The notes under the pieces were generated by a model, which did not search any database, had not been told where the DNA came from, and saw nothing but the letters and a program-made list of their open reading frames with translations. Source: Chiloscyllium plagiosum (taxonomy: Eukaryota). Taken from it: a DNA stretch of 62,671 nt. Positions 11,615-25,269 of this stretch are shown piece after piece; the first letter of the stretch is position 1, and each line of letters begins with the position of its first letter. The stretch covers positions 40,858,376 through 40,921,046 of the forward strand of contig NC_057728.1 in assembly GCF_004010195.1 (NCBI RefSeq). Direction: 5' to 3'. The position numbers and the translations under genes were made by a program.

Positions 11615-11778
11615 AGATTAGATTCCCTACAGTGTGAAAACAGGCCCTTCGCCCCAACCAGTCCACACCAACACACTGAAGAGTAACCCACCCAGACCTG
11701 TTTCCCTCTGACTAAGGCACCTAATGCTATGGGCAATTTAGCAAGGCCAATTCACCTGCCCTGTACATATTTGGATGG
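11615..11778 (-). mobile_element. HE1 SINE 3' fragment, within an old L2-like remnant (~11455-12270)
   Basis: Matches the 3' half of the HE1 copies at 36457 and 52645. Confidence 0.65.
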
Positions 11779-14484
11779 CGTTCTCTTCTCTATCTACTTC
11801 ATACAAAGCATGTTTCTATGGCTATTTTCATCTAGAATAGATCACCAGCTCTGTTGCCAAACGTTGTAGCTTACTCTGCATCAAACACTCCCACCACATT
11901 GTGGAAGCACCTTCAGGGGTCATCAAACAGGAATGAACTCTGGAACTTCTGGCTCCAAGGCAAAGACACTACCCACTCCACCACCAGATATTTTAGGGAG
12001 CAAAATAAAATAGGGATGCTGAAGAAGCTGGGAGTTGGGGATTAGAGGGGTTCACAAAGTGATGGGGAGTAACAGGACCAAGAGGGATTTGAAAACAGGA
12101 ATGCTAATTTTAAACTGGAGTGGTGCAGGTCTGTGAGCAACGAGATGGTAGGTGAACAGGACTTAGTGTAAGCAAAGACAGAGTCAAGAGTGTTTTGGAT
12201 GATTTTAACTTTATGATGATTAGGATATGAGGGCCAGGAATAATGACTTATAACCATTTAGATGTAATTTCACAAATCTCAAGTGCAAACAAAAGGCTTC
12301 AGTGATTTATGTTTTGAAATATCTTCTATGTATAAAAGCTAAATCCCAGGATCAAACCAAGCAATGCTTTGTCTGTAGTGGTTATATTTTTCAATATTGC
12401 TATAAAGCGTACCATAATTGTTTGCAGAGAACTGCTTTACTTAAAAACAAATCATCCAGCAAGTCATTATTTTGATTCTTTAATTTGGGTTATTGATTTT
12501 CATTTAGCTACCATTATTTGTTTACCATGTTATGGGCAAAATAGAACAGTTTCCAACTTTTCAACAAGCTATCAGTAACTTTGTTGTCTGATCTGTATTT
12601 TTAATAATATCCCCAAATGTTTTATATACTATTTATAACCTTTTGTAGAGGTGGATAGCTTTTAAAAACAAAAACTTGGTTAACAGTTAAAAGGATAATG
12701 AAGAACTTCATGTTATAAGACTTGTACTGTAACAAAAGACTCAACTCTGTTACCTACCTTTGTAGGTAACTTGTACTTTAAAACAGAAAATGTGATGTCT
12801 CCTTTTAGTATCACTGAAAACGCATTTCATATATTTTACACTGTTCTTTTACATCAATAGTCAATTCTTCAAGAACCAGTCCAAAGTGACACTCTCGCTC
12901 TAAAGGGAGCTTTTAATTTCTCAGCCTAGGAACTTTTTAAATCCAGACTATTTATTCATCACAGTGAGGATCTTCCCTCCCCAAAAGGACTTTCTCAGTT
13001 GAAAGTTAGCTGAATTTTCTGGCCTGGTTTTAACCCACATAGGATCAATCTTATTAATCTGAGTGTGAATATTCCTGTTTGGTGAGGCACTGTGTTTTGC
13101 AGCCTATGGCTACTCTCCCTTTCTCTGATCCTGGCAGACTAACTTCTAATGTGAGTTTTCTAATATCGCAGAATCTTCCCATCTCCATGGCAATGTGAAT
13201 CAGTTGAGCATTGTACTTGGGTTGAAATGCTAGGTTGATTAGCTGTCCTCAAGACCGCAACTCTGTAATATCTTGTAAATAAATGTACAATTCAAAACAA
13301 AACTGTTTACAACCCTGGCATTCTCAAAATGATTTTGGAGACTGTTGGTATATCCACTGTTAATAGTTGAGCTGCTGCCATTGTCGTAAACTATAAACAC
13401 TTCACCTTCTTCCATGCAAATCGATAATTTGGAGCACATTAATCTCTAACAATCACCTAGGCTTGCATGCAGGTTGCCTTCAAAACAGCTGACATGATTT
13501 GCTTTGTTTTACCTTTTTTTAAAGTTAAAGAAACAGTTCCAAAATAATCTTTTAAATCCCATAATTGTAACGACATGATGGGGAAAAAATATAAAGCTAT
13601 TATGTTTTCTAATCCCCAACACATTCGCTTGTACCTGATTTTAGAAATGCTTACTTGAATACATTATTCACTTCTGCAGACATCTCAGCCAAAATATTGC
13701 CTTGTGATGTCACAAGTAAATGCATATTAAATGTTACCAGTGTATTTTTGATTAGAATGAGAAGGCACAGCTGTTAAGTTTTAAGGATCACATATCTGCA
13801 TTCCGAACACGCTCATAAGATAACAAATGACTAAATGCAACTGAGTTTAGTAGCAAGGGCTTTCATTTGTCTCTATTAAACTTTGAACACACTCACCGTT
13901 TTCCTATTCAGCTATTAGTTTGTTAATTACAAATGTTAATATTTTACAGTGAAATATGGTTTCCGATTGACGTTATTTGATTCCAGCAAAAGGAGTCAGC
14001 ATGTTTAGTAGAATATGTGTAAGAGAAGTATTTTAAACCAGGAACTCTGACTTTTTGGACTAGAACAAACATGAATACACAATACATTATTCTTTCAGAA
14101 GTCATGAAATGCTTATTAATATTAAAATAGTTCCTAACTTGACTAACCTACAATTCAATAACCAAAGAAATCATGTATTAAGTAGCTCCAACAGCTGACA
14201 TTTTTAAAGTTGACTATTATTTATGAGCAGGCACATCATCCAAAAAGAACTGTTTACTCTCAAAAATTCAGTTCATTAGCATTCAAAGGACTATGGTGTC
14301 GACCAGTTTTGAGTCCCGTCAATTTTTTTCTCAAATGTGCTTGCTGGGTAGGTTTTGACTTTTACCAAATTTATCCCAAAACAACAGGTAAATCATTAGA
14401 AATTAAAGCACCTCTTTGTGACAAAGGTCACTATAAGCACTTACCATTAAGTGACAATCAATCGTCACGTTATTTTCAGAAACT

Positions 14485-14580
14485 TAAACTGAAATTGCTG
14501 GGAAAAACTCAGCAGATTTGGCAGCATCTGTGGTGAGAAATCAGAGTTAATGTTGCGGGTTCAGTGACCCTTCCTCTGGA
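14485..14580 (-). mobile_element. Old PLE-terminus fragment (family A'); related copy at ~23912-24033
   Basis: gctggg/aaaaactcagcag...ggcagcatc...gtt(t)cgggt(c)cagtgacccttcctc. Same layout as family A with a different stem II (GGGUC-ACUG-GACCC, decayed). Confidence 0.55.
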
Positions 14581-16304
14581 CATTTGTTTTGTATTGATTG
14601 CCGAATAAGTTTACGGGAGGTAGGTCAGAACTATTTTCTGACCTATATGGGTATCTACCCAGCTTATCTTTCATTCGGTTTAGTCTTGTAGTCACTGTTA
14701 ATCGCAATTGATTTTGCTAAGCATAAATTCAAATAGGGCTTAAGACATTAAAAAAAGTGCATAAAGTTACACATATCCTGAACCTGCATAAAAATGGAAA
14801 ATTCTTTGTCCTTGTTTGGTGGTTGGTGGCTGGTGGGCCAATGGCTGCTGGGAGAAGATTGTCTGAACAAACTTAATAGAGATTCAGATAAAAGGTTGGG
14901 AAAATTTTGGTGTATTGTGAAAGCAGGAATTTGTGATTCATTTATGTTTGAATTTCTTTAACCTATGCTGGAGTTCACAATGCGTGGAAGGGTTGCTTAT
15001 TGGAGCAAGAAATTCTAGGCCAAGATGCCTTGTTGCTCCATAACTTTGGTACTTTATATAATTAAATGAATTAAGCATGTTGCTTTAGCTGTTAGTACGC
15101 AACTCTCCTAACAAATCCATGGAAATTAAGTCCATGTTCAAAAAAGTTAATGATTTGTTTGGAGTGTAAGGGTAAATACAAGAAATTAAAGTAGGGAGAG
15201 AGGTTCAATGGTTTTGAACATCAATAATTATTATGTCAGGAATTTCATTGTATGTGATGAATAAACATATTAGCAGCCTCCATTATTGCAGAATTGTAGA
15301 GAGTAAGCATTTGTGAAAATAATGGGGTCTGGGTGGCTCAGTGGTTTTATTAGAGTGGGTGATGGAATCTTGCAGCACTGGCACGATCCTTGTTCAAATT
15401 CAGTCTTTCCTGGTTAGTTGATTTCAGCCAGGGCAGCAGAGGGCACTATGGTTCATATTTGGATATTAATTGAGAAAAGAGAGACAATTCTGCGCTATTC
15501 TTGCCATCTCCAGTCCTCCCCATGTACAAGAACATTAAATTGTTTATCAAGTGAAGACCGAGGTACTGTTAATGACAAATAATTGTTTATTTTCAGGATT
15601 GTTTAAGGTTCAATACATTTGCAAAAATCTACAGGACCATTAAATTCTGAATTCTGTTGGAACCTAATGCTGTTTAACAATGACATTCACTATCTAATAT
15701 TTAGATGATAGTAAATATTTTCTCTACAAAAGCAGTTAACTGCTTCTTGGAGATTTTCAACCAACTTCAACTCCGCATTGCAGTTTTCATTTTATATACT
15801 TTTTTGAAAGAAGATTTATTAAGAAACAAACCTATAAAAATACAAAAATACAGAAAAATAGAAATGTCACACTATTATATTACAGCAATATTAATAAAAA
15901 ACTACCTGCTACTCATATTTACTTAACTCTAATTAAAATAAACTTGAATTAAATAAAATAGAATTAAATTAAATTACAACCAAATTAAATTACATCACTG
16001 CACTTGCTGCACCTCCACCAAAGCTCCCATCCACGGGAGCAACAGTTATTATACCCGTAGTCACTAGGCCTACCGGTCCCCAGACCATCACAAACGGCCC
16101 TTATGGCTACATAAAGGCCCGAATCAGCACCGCCGATAGGTCCGTGTCTACGTAATTTAGAAATGGCCGCCATGTCTTATAAAATTGCTCTGTTCCATGC
16201 TGCACTATATTAGTCAGATAATCTTGGGGAACGTACTCCATCACAAGTCTGCACCACCCCAAAGGTCTGGGTTTTTTTCTGATATCCAGTTCATTAGGAT
16301 GTTC

Positions 16305-17157
16305 TGAAAAATGTGTTGCTGGAAAAGCGCAGCAGGTCAGGCAGCATCCAAGGAGCAGGAGAATCGACGTTTCGGGCATAAGCCCTTCTTCAGGAATGAG
16401 GAGGGTGTGCCAAGCGGGCTGAGATAAAAGGTAGGGAGGAGGGTCTTGGGGGAGGGGCGTTGGGAATGCGATAGGTGGAAGGAGGTTAAGGTGAGGGTGA
16501 TAGGCCGGAGAGGGGGTGGGGGCGGAGGCGGAGAGGTCAGGATGAAGATTGCAGGTCAAGAAGGCGGTGCTGAGTCCGAGGGTTGGGATTGAGATAAGGT
16601 GGGGGGAGGGGAAATGAGGAAGCTGGAGAAATCTGCATTCATCGCTTGTGGTTGGAGGGTTCCTCGGCGGAAGATGAGGCGCTCTTCCTCCAGGCGTTGT
16701 GTGGCCAGGGTCTGGCGATGGAGGAATCCAAGGTCCTGCATGTCCTGGGTGGAGTGGGAGGGGGAGTTAAAGTGTTCAGCCACAGGGCGGTTGGGTTTGT
16801 TGGAGCGGGTGTTCCAGAGGTGTTCTCTGAAAGGTTCTGCAAGTAGGCGGCCTGTCTCCCCAATATAGAGGAGGCTACATCGGGTGCAGCGGATGCAGTA
16901 AATGATGTGTGGGAAGGTACAGGTGAATTTGTAACGGATATGGAAGGATCCCATGGGGCCTTGGAGGGAAGTGAGGGGAGAGGTGTGGGTGCAAGTTTTG
17001 CATTTCTTGCGGTTGCGGGGGAAGGTGCCGGGAGTGGAGGTTGGGTTGGTCGGGGATGTGGACCTGACAAGGGAGTCGCGGGGGAATGGTCTTTCCGGAA
17101 CGCTGATACGGGAGGGGAGGGAAATATATCCTTGGTGGTGGGGTCAGTTTGGAGGTC
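16305..17157 (-). mobile_element. Penelope-like retroelement fragment: GIY-YIG endonuclease region plus pLTR
   Basis: ORF 16556-16954 has IIYCIRCTRCSLLYIGETGR..FREH..PVAEHFN..RLEEERLIFR.GTLQP..MN, the Penelope-type GIY-YIG with a CxxC insert. Upstream frame QTDPTTKDIFPSPPVSAFRKDHS. Ends in the family A terminal sequence. Confidence 0.9.
16360..16398 (-). ncRNA. Minimal hammerhead ribozyme-like motif in the PLE terminus
   Basis: Minus strand reads cauuc-CUGAAGA(16393-16387)-A-GGGC-UUAU-GCCC-GAAA-C-GUC|gauu. ACGU self-complementary stem III; predicted cut between 16366 and 16365. Confidence 0.7.
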
Positions 17158-18180
17158 CATGAGACGATTTAAAGTCTCCTTCTACAATCGTGCAGCACAC
17201 CCCAAGAGCCATTAATTGAGATACTGCGTCAACTAAACATTTGAGAGGATGCGCCGGAGGACAGTAAATGCTCAGGATGCCACACTCCTCTCCGTGTATC
17301 AGAGCCTTGAGAATGATGAACAGTCCATATTCATCCTTGATTTGATCTATCACCTGAAATGGGAGGTTCCTTTGTACCAGTCTGGCCACTCCACTGCTTT
17401 TGAAATTGAAGGAGGAGAAGAATACTCTCTCGTATCCCTCCTGCTGTAACTTCAGATGTTCCCTATCAGATACATGTGTCTCTTGAAGCAGAGCAATGTT
17501 GACCCTTTCCTCCTTAAGGTTTGAGAGCACCTTTTTCCTTTTAATGGGGGAATGGCTCCCCTTTATATTCCAGATGGACCACCTGAACAGATTGCTAGCC
17601 ATGACCGCACACTACAGCCCACAGTTCCCCAAGAGGAAGAAACCCATTCAATATGCAGCGAGTGGCAAAAAACACAGACCTTATAAAATCCAAAAACTAT
17701 TCCTATAAACGCTAAACTAATCAACTAACCACTACTCCTAACTTAAACAAATAAACACTTAAACCACAAATCCTGAGAGATCTCCCTTGCCTTGCGTATA
17801 AGGGGCATTCACTCCCACGCTTATAACCATCCTGGCACCTTCCAGTTAAGGCCATTGCCCAAACCCAGGCGATGGGGAAAAAAAATGTTATTTACACTCA
17901 TGAAAGTTAATAATGGATACTTCCCCTCCATATCTCAACCCCATAAATTTTTACACCAACGCATTCACCACTTCTCACTCAGGAAAAAAAAGAACAGTAA
18001 CATAACAGTTAATTACCAAAAGGATACAATGTTAATCAAACCAAATTTAGAACAAAGAAAGAGAAGATAAAAAAAAATAAGCCATTGTCTGCAAACATCT
18101 TTTCCTCTTTACCCCTCAGCTCAAGTCAATAATTTCAGAGAATTCACAAATTTTCTGGCAAGTCAAAGTTATGGACCGAA

Positions 18181-18510
18181 TACAAGATGATTAGGGGTTT
18201 AGATAGGGTCGACAGTGAGAATCTTTTTCCACGTATGGAGTCAGCTATTACAAGGGGGCATAGCTTTAAATTAAGGGGGGGTAGGTATAGGACAGATGTT
18301 AGGGGTAGATTCTTTACTCAGCGAGTCGTGAGTTCATGGAATGCCCTGCCAGTAGCAGTGGTGGACTCTCCTTCATTATGGGCATTTAAACGTGCATTGG
18401 ATAGGCATATGGAGGATAGTGGGCTAGTGTAGGTTAGGTGGGCTTGGATCGGCGCAACATCGAGGGCCAAAGGGCCTGTACTGCGCTGTATTCTTCTATG
18501 TTCTATGTTC
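18181..18510 (+). mobile_element. Young CR1 3' fragment inserted in the L1 ORF1 3' region
   Basis: ORF 18187-18432 (TRGHSFKL..FFTQRVVSSWNALP) and a ttctatgttctatgttc tail. Confidence 0.9.
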
Positions 18511-19559
18511 CCCCATAATTCAAACATGGTATTGTTAGGTACCTCAGAAGATTGAATATTCAAGTCTCTTAATTTTTTCTTGACATCATCAAAAGACTTC
18601 CTATTCTTAGTTAGGGTCCCAGAAAAATCCTGGAAAAAACATTATTTTCAAACCTTTACAAACTAGAGCCTGTGAATCCCTTCCCAGTCTTCTGGATGTT
18701 TCCATTATTAACTACTTCACTTATAGTGCTGGAGTCGCATTAGGACCGGGCGAGGGCACTTACCTGACCCGGACCCGGACCTAAGCACCGCGATCCGGTG
18801 GGCTCGCTTCACACTCACCCGGCCTGACTCGATCTCCAGCCCCAGCAACTCCGGGAGCCATTTCTCAAGGAACTCAGCCTGATTCTCGCCTTTCTCACGC
18901 TCCAGAAGACCAACCAAACCTAAGTTTTTTTTTTTCTCTCTGACCTTGATTTGGAGGTCGTCGACCTGCTCCAGCAAGGCCCGAACCTGGCCTTCCGAGG
19001 TTTGGATCCATCCCTCTGAGTTCTCCGTTACCGCGGTCTTTTGCTTGACCGTTTCCACTCGGCGATCCAATGCCTGTACCTCCTGCTCGTACTTTGTCAG
19101 CATGGCAGTAATCGGTTCCAGTGCTGTTTTGATTTTTTTTGCACAGAGTTTTGCAAACTCTGAGTAGGTGCTGCTGCTCCACAAAGCTCAAAGGTGCCAC
19201 CATGGGAGTCAAAGCAGTGATTGCAGGTGTGCCCGACACAGTAGGGGAGTGCCCCGCTGCTGCACTTCCCTCGCTCCTTTTCCTTTATTCGTCTTCATCT
19301 TGACTCCAGAACCTCCAAATCCAAATTTTAAAAGGTTCTTGGTGTTCTGCCTGCTTTATACTGAATTTTTTTCATGGGTTGCTAATTGGGTGGGGGAGAA
19401 GGCAGAGGGAGTAGGAGCCCACCTTTCCTAGGGCATGGCACAGAGCCCAACCCAGACTTTTCAGACTGCTTTCATCCCGAATATCTCTCATTTTTCACTT
19501 AATATGCCATGCTATATTTTCTGAACGTTTTTTTTAAATCATTTTAAATCATTGTCTTA

Positions 19560-20712
19560 ATAGGTCTGTTTGTGCTGCATGAATCTTTCAGTCCAACTCA
19601 TCTGTGCTGATCAAGTTTCCCAAACTAAACTACTCTGACTTACCTGCATTGGCCCATATCACTCTAAACCTTTCCTATTCACCTACCTGTACAATTGTCT
19701 TTTAAGTGTAACTACATGGACCTACCACTTCCTCTGGCAGTTCATTCTGTACACGAACTACCCTCTGTGTGAAAATGTTACATCTCAGATCCCTTTTTAA
19801 ATCTTTCTCCCTATTATACGCCCTATTTTTGAACTCCTCCAATAGACCTTTTACTATTTAACTTATCTGTGCTTTCTCATGATTTTTGTAAACTTCTATA
19901 AGGCCCTCAACCTTCTGCACTCTAGTGTAAAAAAAGTTCAAGCCTGTCCCTATAATTGAAAACCTCCAGTCCTGGCAACATCCTGATAAATCTTTTCTGA
20001 ATCCTCTCCAATTTAATAATTGCTTTCCTACTGCAGAGTGACCAGAATTGTATACAGTACTTCAAAAGTGGCCTTACCATATGGTGGCACAATGGCTCAG
20101 TGGTTAGCACTGCTGCCTCACAGCGCCAGAGACCCGAGTTCAATTCCAGCCCCTGGTGATTGTGTGTGGAGTTGCATGGGTTTCCTTGGTTTCCTCCCAC
20201 AATCCAAAGATGTGCAGGTTATGTGAGTTGACCATGCTAAATTGTCCATAGTGTTTAGGGATGTGTAGGTTAGGTGCATTAGTTAGGGGTAAGTATAGGA
20301 TAATAGGGTAGAGGAATGGGTCTTGGTGGATTATTCTTCGGTGGGTCGATGTGGACTTGTTGGATCGAATGACCTGTTTCTACACTGTACCCAAGGCTCT
20401 ATCATTAACTGTATAAGTTCTGTACTTGTTTGTTTGTCCAAAACTCAAATTAAACCCCAGCCGCCTCTCCTAAGCCCATTGGCCCAATTGATCAAGATAC
20501 CTTTGTGATCTCAGTAACCTTCTTCATCGTCTACTATACCATCAACTTTGGTGTCATCTGCAAACTTATTCAACATGCCTCCTAAATTCTCATCCAAGTC
20601 AGTTATATAAATGACAAACAAAAGTGGGCCCAGCGCCAATCCCTGCAGAACACCTCTGGTCACAACCCTCCACCACTCTGTCTCCTACTGTCAAGCCAAT
20701 TTTGTATCCAAT
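19560..20712 (-). mobile_element. CR1 3' remnant interrupted by an HE1 SINE
   Basis: RPLLKYCIQFWS motif and FADD-region remnants on the minus strand. Confidence 0.75.
20082..20388 (+). mobile_element. HE1/V-SINE
   Basis: A box TGGCTCAGTGG, B box GAGTTCAATTCC, V-domain-like ggtttcctcccacaatccaaagatgtgcagg, CR1-like tail. Confidence 0.85.
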
Positions 20713-23700
20713 ACAACGTTCAGATCATAGACTGAATGGTTTGAAATTTCTGTAGAAGGTTTCACCAAATTATCAAATTCTACTCCCCTCCCACCCCTCT
20801 GGACACCACCAATAAAACCTTGTGGAAGAACAAAACCTTTTCACAAGCCAGTTCTACACTCAGGGCTTTGACCATTAGGCCCTGAGGCCATAGGATGAAG
20901 AAACCCTGTTAATTTTTACAGTTCGATCCCTGCTGTAATGATGAGGTGGTGCACAGTCAGATCCTAGAAGCCACTCACTGACTCAGGGATTCATCTGTCT
21001 GAAAGTCAGGCTGCAGGACCACAGCCTGCAGTTTCTGCACCTTCTAATCACTGAACACCTCCCCACTGAACCCCCAGAGGCAAGAGTGAAATCCCAGTCA
21101 AACTGAACACATCTCTCTCACCATCCCTCTCTCTGTCTCTTTTGACTCTGTTCTTAGCTCTCCCTTGTTCTGACTCTCTCACTGTCTCTGTTCCTGTCTT
21201 CTCTGAATCTGTGATCCTCTCTCTCTCTTTCTCACATACACTCTCGTGCTCTTTTCCGTCTTCCTCTGTCTGTCTCCTTAAATTTCACTTCTTTTAGTCT
21301 TTTATTGTTTTTTTCTGTATTGTAATATTTGCATTTGCTTTTTGTTGAGAAAAAATAACGATTTCAGGGGGTCAATTTTGATGTTTTGCGAGCTTTGAAC
21401 GGTTGTTTGAGCTCAATCTTTTATGATATGTTTATAAACGTAGCTTTAATCTTGGATTCAGTTAATATAATTTGTTGGTGAGCTTTACTGGAAAGATTTC
21501 AGTTTTCAAGTTGTCATGGTGGGGAGAAATGATGGTAAGGAAGGAGATGATGCAGAGCTGATAAAAGTTCAGACACAATAGTCCATGTGCATGCGATTAC
21601 ATTTGGGGTTGACTCTGCCAATAATCTTCACGAATCACTTATGATTTCATGCTATTTAACCTTCTAATTTTTGTTTGGAATGATTGAGGAGAAAGAGGAG
21701 AATCTAACTGGTATAATTGCAATTAGAAGAGTGTTCCAATTAAGAGGATGTACAAATCGATGAAAAGAACTGGGGTTAATTAAAAGACTCCAAAGAATGG
21801 TGAATTGAAATGTAAAGGAGTGGTTGCGTTAAACTTCTAGATAGGATGTCTGATCACTTGGGAAGAAGCTATAGGTTAATTTCCAACAGCAAAGTAACAC
21901 GTAGCCTCAAATGGTACAGAGGAGATTTTAAACTATTCAACCATCTTAAGAGGTGAGCAACTAAATAGGCAGTATATTCTTGGTGAACTTTTATAACCGT
22001 CAACATTGCATAAGCACAAATGCTGATCCCAGTGATTTGTCTGAGAAGCCCAATGTTTGTCCATTAAATATTTCTATCTATTCTGAAAGGAAACCTTGAG
22101 AATTCAACTCTTTTTTTTTCTGGAAAAATTGCAAAACAATTCCTAGCTCCTCATGGGATGTAAGAGGCGTACTCTCTATCTATCACCTGTCAAAGAACAG
22201 ACTAACATCTTGAATAAAACTAGCTGCATATCTTCTGAATTGAAATCTATGACAGAAATGTCTATTTGAGTACATTTCAGGCTTTTAAAACATCTGGGAC
22301 CATGAAATAAAAAAAGCCTAATATGATGATTGGTTTGGTAAATTTACCTATGTCATTGTGAAAGTTGCCATTTTTTCGACATTATGGGATGAAATTGTGT
22401 TTACCAGCAGTATAACAGATGCTGCTAATAAATGGCTCTTCCAGTGGAAAAGAGCTTGATGGTAATCAGTGAAATCACTGCTCCAACTTCTCAGTTCAAT
22501 AAAATCAAAAGTGAAAATATTGTTGTCTCATATGTTTTATGATCTTCCTTAAAACTTACCTCTTTGATCAGACTTTTACTCATGTTCTTATATTTTCATG
22601 TGAATCAGCATCAAATTTTCTCTGAAAATATTCCTGTGAAATGCCTTGGGATTTTTTAAAACAACATTAAAGGTGCCAAGTAAGAAGTTGTTTACCACGA
22701 TAATTTACATGTGGGAATTTCAGGGGCAGAGACCTAAACATAATTGTGTAAAATTGATAAATAGCTGTTGTCTAGCGACCAAATCAGTTCACCAGAATTT
22801 ATAGTGAATATAAAAATTTCCACAGGATACAGTTTGGTTGTCATTTTTAACTGTGGTATTGGAAAGGAAGAAATCTGTAGTTTAGAAAATATGAAAAAAG
22901 TTATAGCTACTTCATAAATCTTTATTTAAATTCCTCTAGTCAATGTTTTATTTCTGTTGACAATATTACACACAACCTGGGCTTGAGGTTAAGAAATACT
23001 GATCTCTGTTGCATCATATTAGTGCTCTTCAACGAGCTTTATTGCCTTCTATAATTTTCAGGGCTTGAAACCTCTTGTGTCTTATCTTTCAAACTGTCTG
23101 GTGTTTCTGTTCCAGCTGCACTCTGATGCTGTCTCATCTACTTTCAAGATCATTATGACATTTTATTGTGATGCAAAGTAGATTTTAATTTTGATTGTCA
23201 AGCCTGTAATTAGGTTGGTAAGTGACAGCCTGAGTATTTTCGCAGTATCATAAGCAACTCTTGAAATAGACTGCCACCATAATAGTGCAATGCAATGGTT
23301 TTGTAATACATGATCAATATATGGTAATGGTATTACCCTTTTTTAATATATCCTAAGTTAGAGCAACCAAAAGGCAATTTGATTTAGCCTTTCATGCAGT
23401 TCCACTTTTAGCAGCAATGGTTATTTCTAAATGAGCACAGTGCAAGCATTTTACTGTAGTGTTCGAATTGACATATGGACTCTATTTACGCATTATTTCA
23501 AAATGATTTTTTTCCTGCATGATTTCTTATCAGTCTTGAAAACCTCTTTACCAGAATGGTCTGCAATTATTTCTATATGGAAAATAAGTAGTATAATTAC
23601 ACATCTTCACCACTATCTCACTTTCCTTCTTTTAATATAATCCTAAAAACCTACCTCTCTGACCATGTTTTTGGTCATCTGACTGAATATCAAATCATGT

Positions 23701-24039
23701 GGCTTAGTGTCATTCATTATAATGCTTCTGTGAAGCAGCTTAAATAATAATAAATGTTTTATGCATGTTTAAGTTGTTGTGATAAATGCAGATAAATTTG
23801 ATAACATAGCTTTCATTGCAAAATCATCAACTTCAGAACTCTGTTTTAAATTTCTCTAAACTTGCCATAAATAAATGTGAACTTAATTGTTCAAGGAATA
23901 TTTGATTTGAATCAAAAGAAATGCAGATGCTGTTAATCAGAAACAAAAACCGAAGTTGCTCAAAAAGCTCAGTGGGTTTGGCAGCATCCGTGAAGAGAAA
24001 TCAGTTAACGTTTTAGGTCCAGTGATCCTTACTCAGACC

Positions 24040-25200
24040 TCATGTTATGCACGTGGACAGCATCTGCTCAGCAATGACCTGCTCCGTGACACCCAGTCTG
24101 GGTTCTACCAAGGTCACTCAGCTCCTGACCTCATTTTCGCCTTGGTTAAAATATGGACAAAGGAGCTGCATTCCAGAGTGCAGGTGAGAGTGATAGCCGT
24201 TGACATCAAGACTGTATTTGATAGCATGTGGCATCAGGAGCTTAAGCAAAACTGGAATGAATGGGATTTGGTGGGGACTGGGTTGGGGAATCCTCAGCTG
24301 GTTGGAGTCATACCTGGCACATAGTTGTGGTTATTGGAGGTCCGTAATCTCAGCTCCAGGACTTGCTCAGTGGAGTTGCCTAGGCACAAACATCTTCAGC
24401 TACTTCATCAATGATCATCCCTCTATCATAAGATCAGAAGTGGGGATGTTCACCGTTGTTTGCACAATTTTCAGCATCATTCACGACTTCTCAGACACTG
24501 AAGTAGTCCATCTTCAAATGCAAGATCTAGACAATATCCAGACTTGGACTGACAAGTAACATGCGTATCACACAAATGCCAGGCAGTGATTATCTCCAAT
24601 AGGAGTAATTCTAACTACTGCCCATTGACATTCAGTGGTGTTATCATCATTGAATTCTGCACTATCAATATCTTGAGGGTTATCATTGACTAGGAACTCA
24701 ACTGGACCAACCACAAAAATACCGTGGCTATGAAAGCAGATTGGAGGCCAGGAATTCTGCAGCAATTAACTCGTTTCCTGACTCCCCCAAAGCCTGTCCA
24801 TCGTCTACAAGGCACAAGTCATGAATGTGATGGTGTACCCCACTACTTGCCTGGATGAATACGGCTCCAACAACACTCAAGAAGCTTGGCACCATTCAGG
24901 ACAAAACAGCCACCTTGATTGGTACCATATCCACAAATATCCATTCTCTCCACCACTGACACTTAGCAGCAGCATGTACTACTTAGAAGGTGCACTGCAG
25001 GTATTCGCTCAAGATCCTTAGATAGCATTTTCTATCAGGAAGGACAAGAACAGCAGAGATGTTGGAATGCTACCACTTGTAACTCCCCCTCCAAGCCACT
25101 CACCATCCTAACTAAGAAAAATATTGTCATTCCTTCAGTGTGTCACTGGGTCAAAATCCTGAAATTCCCTCCTTACGTCATTGTGGGTCTACCTACAAGT
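24040..25200 (+). mobile_element. Degenerate LINE RT/3' end of a distinct CR1/L2-group family; minus-strand 3' pieces at ~28030-28545 and ~47715-47900
   Basis: Q.GF.QGHSAPDLI.ALV..WTKEL...DIK..FD.MWHQ RT motifs, followed by LG..IFS.FIND.PS. Confidence 0.75.
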
Positions 25201-25269
25201 GAATAAAATAAATTGAAGTGAATAGTATGGATGTTTGTAAGGAGAAGCAAGTGAAATAAGAGGAAATAA

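Larger units (their letters stand above)
15800..19491 (-). mobile_element. L1-clade LINE with both ends present, most of ORF2 deleted, and two nested insertions
   Basis: ORF1-like 18717-19184 (coiled coil, NL.LVGL.E, RAHR, PRPVLMRL). ORF2 APE endonuclease start 17602-17160 (WNIKG..., LLQETH). ORF2 C-terminus ~16107-16300 (FYKTWRPF). AATAAA + A-tail at 15800-15820. Degenerate 16-bp TSD at 15784-15799 / 19492-19507 (3 mismatches). Confidence 0.8.
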
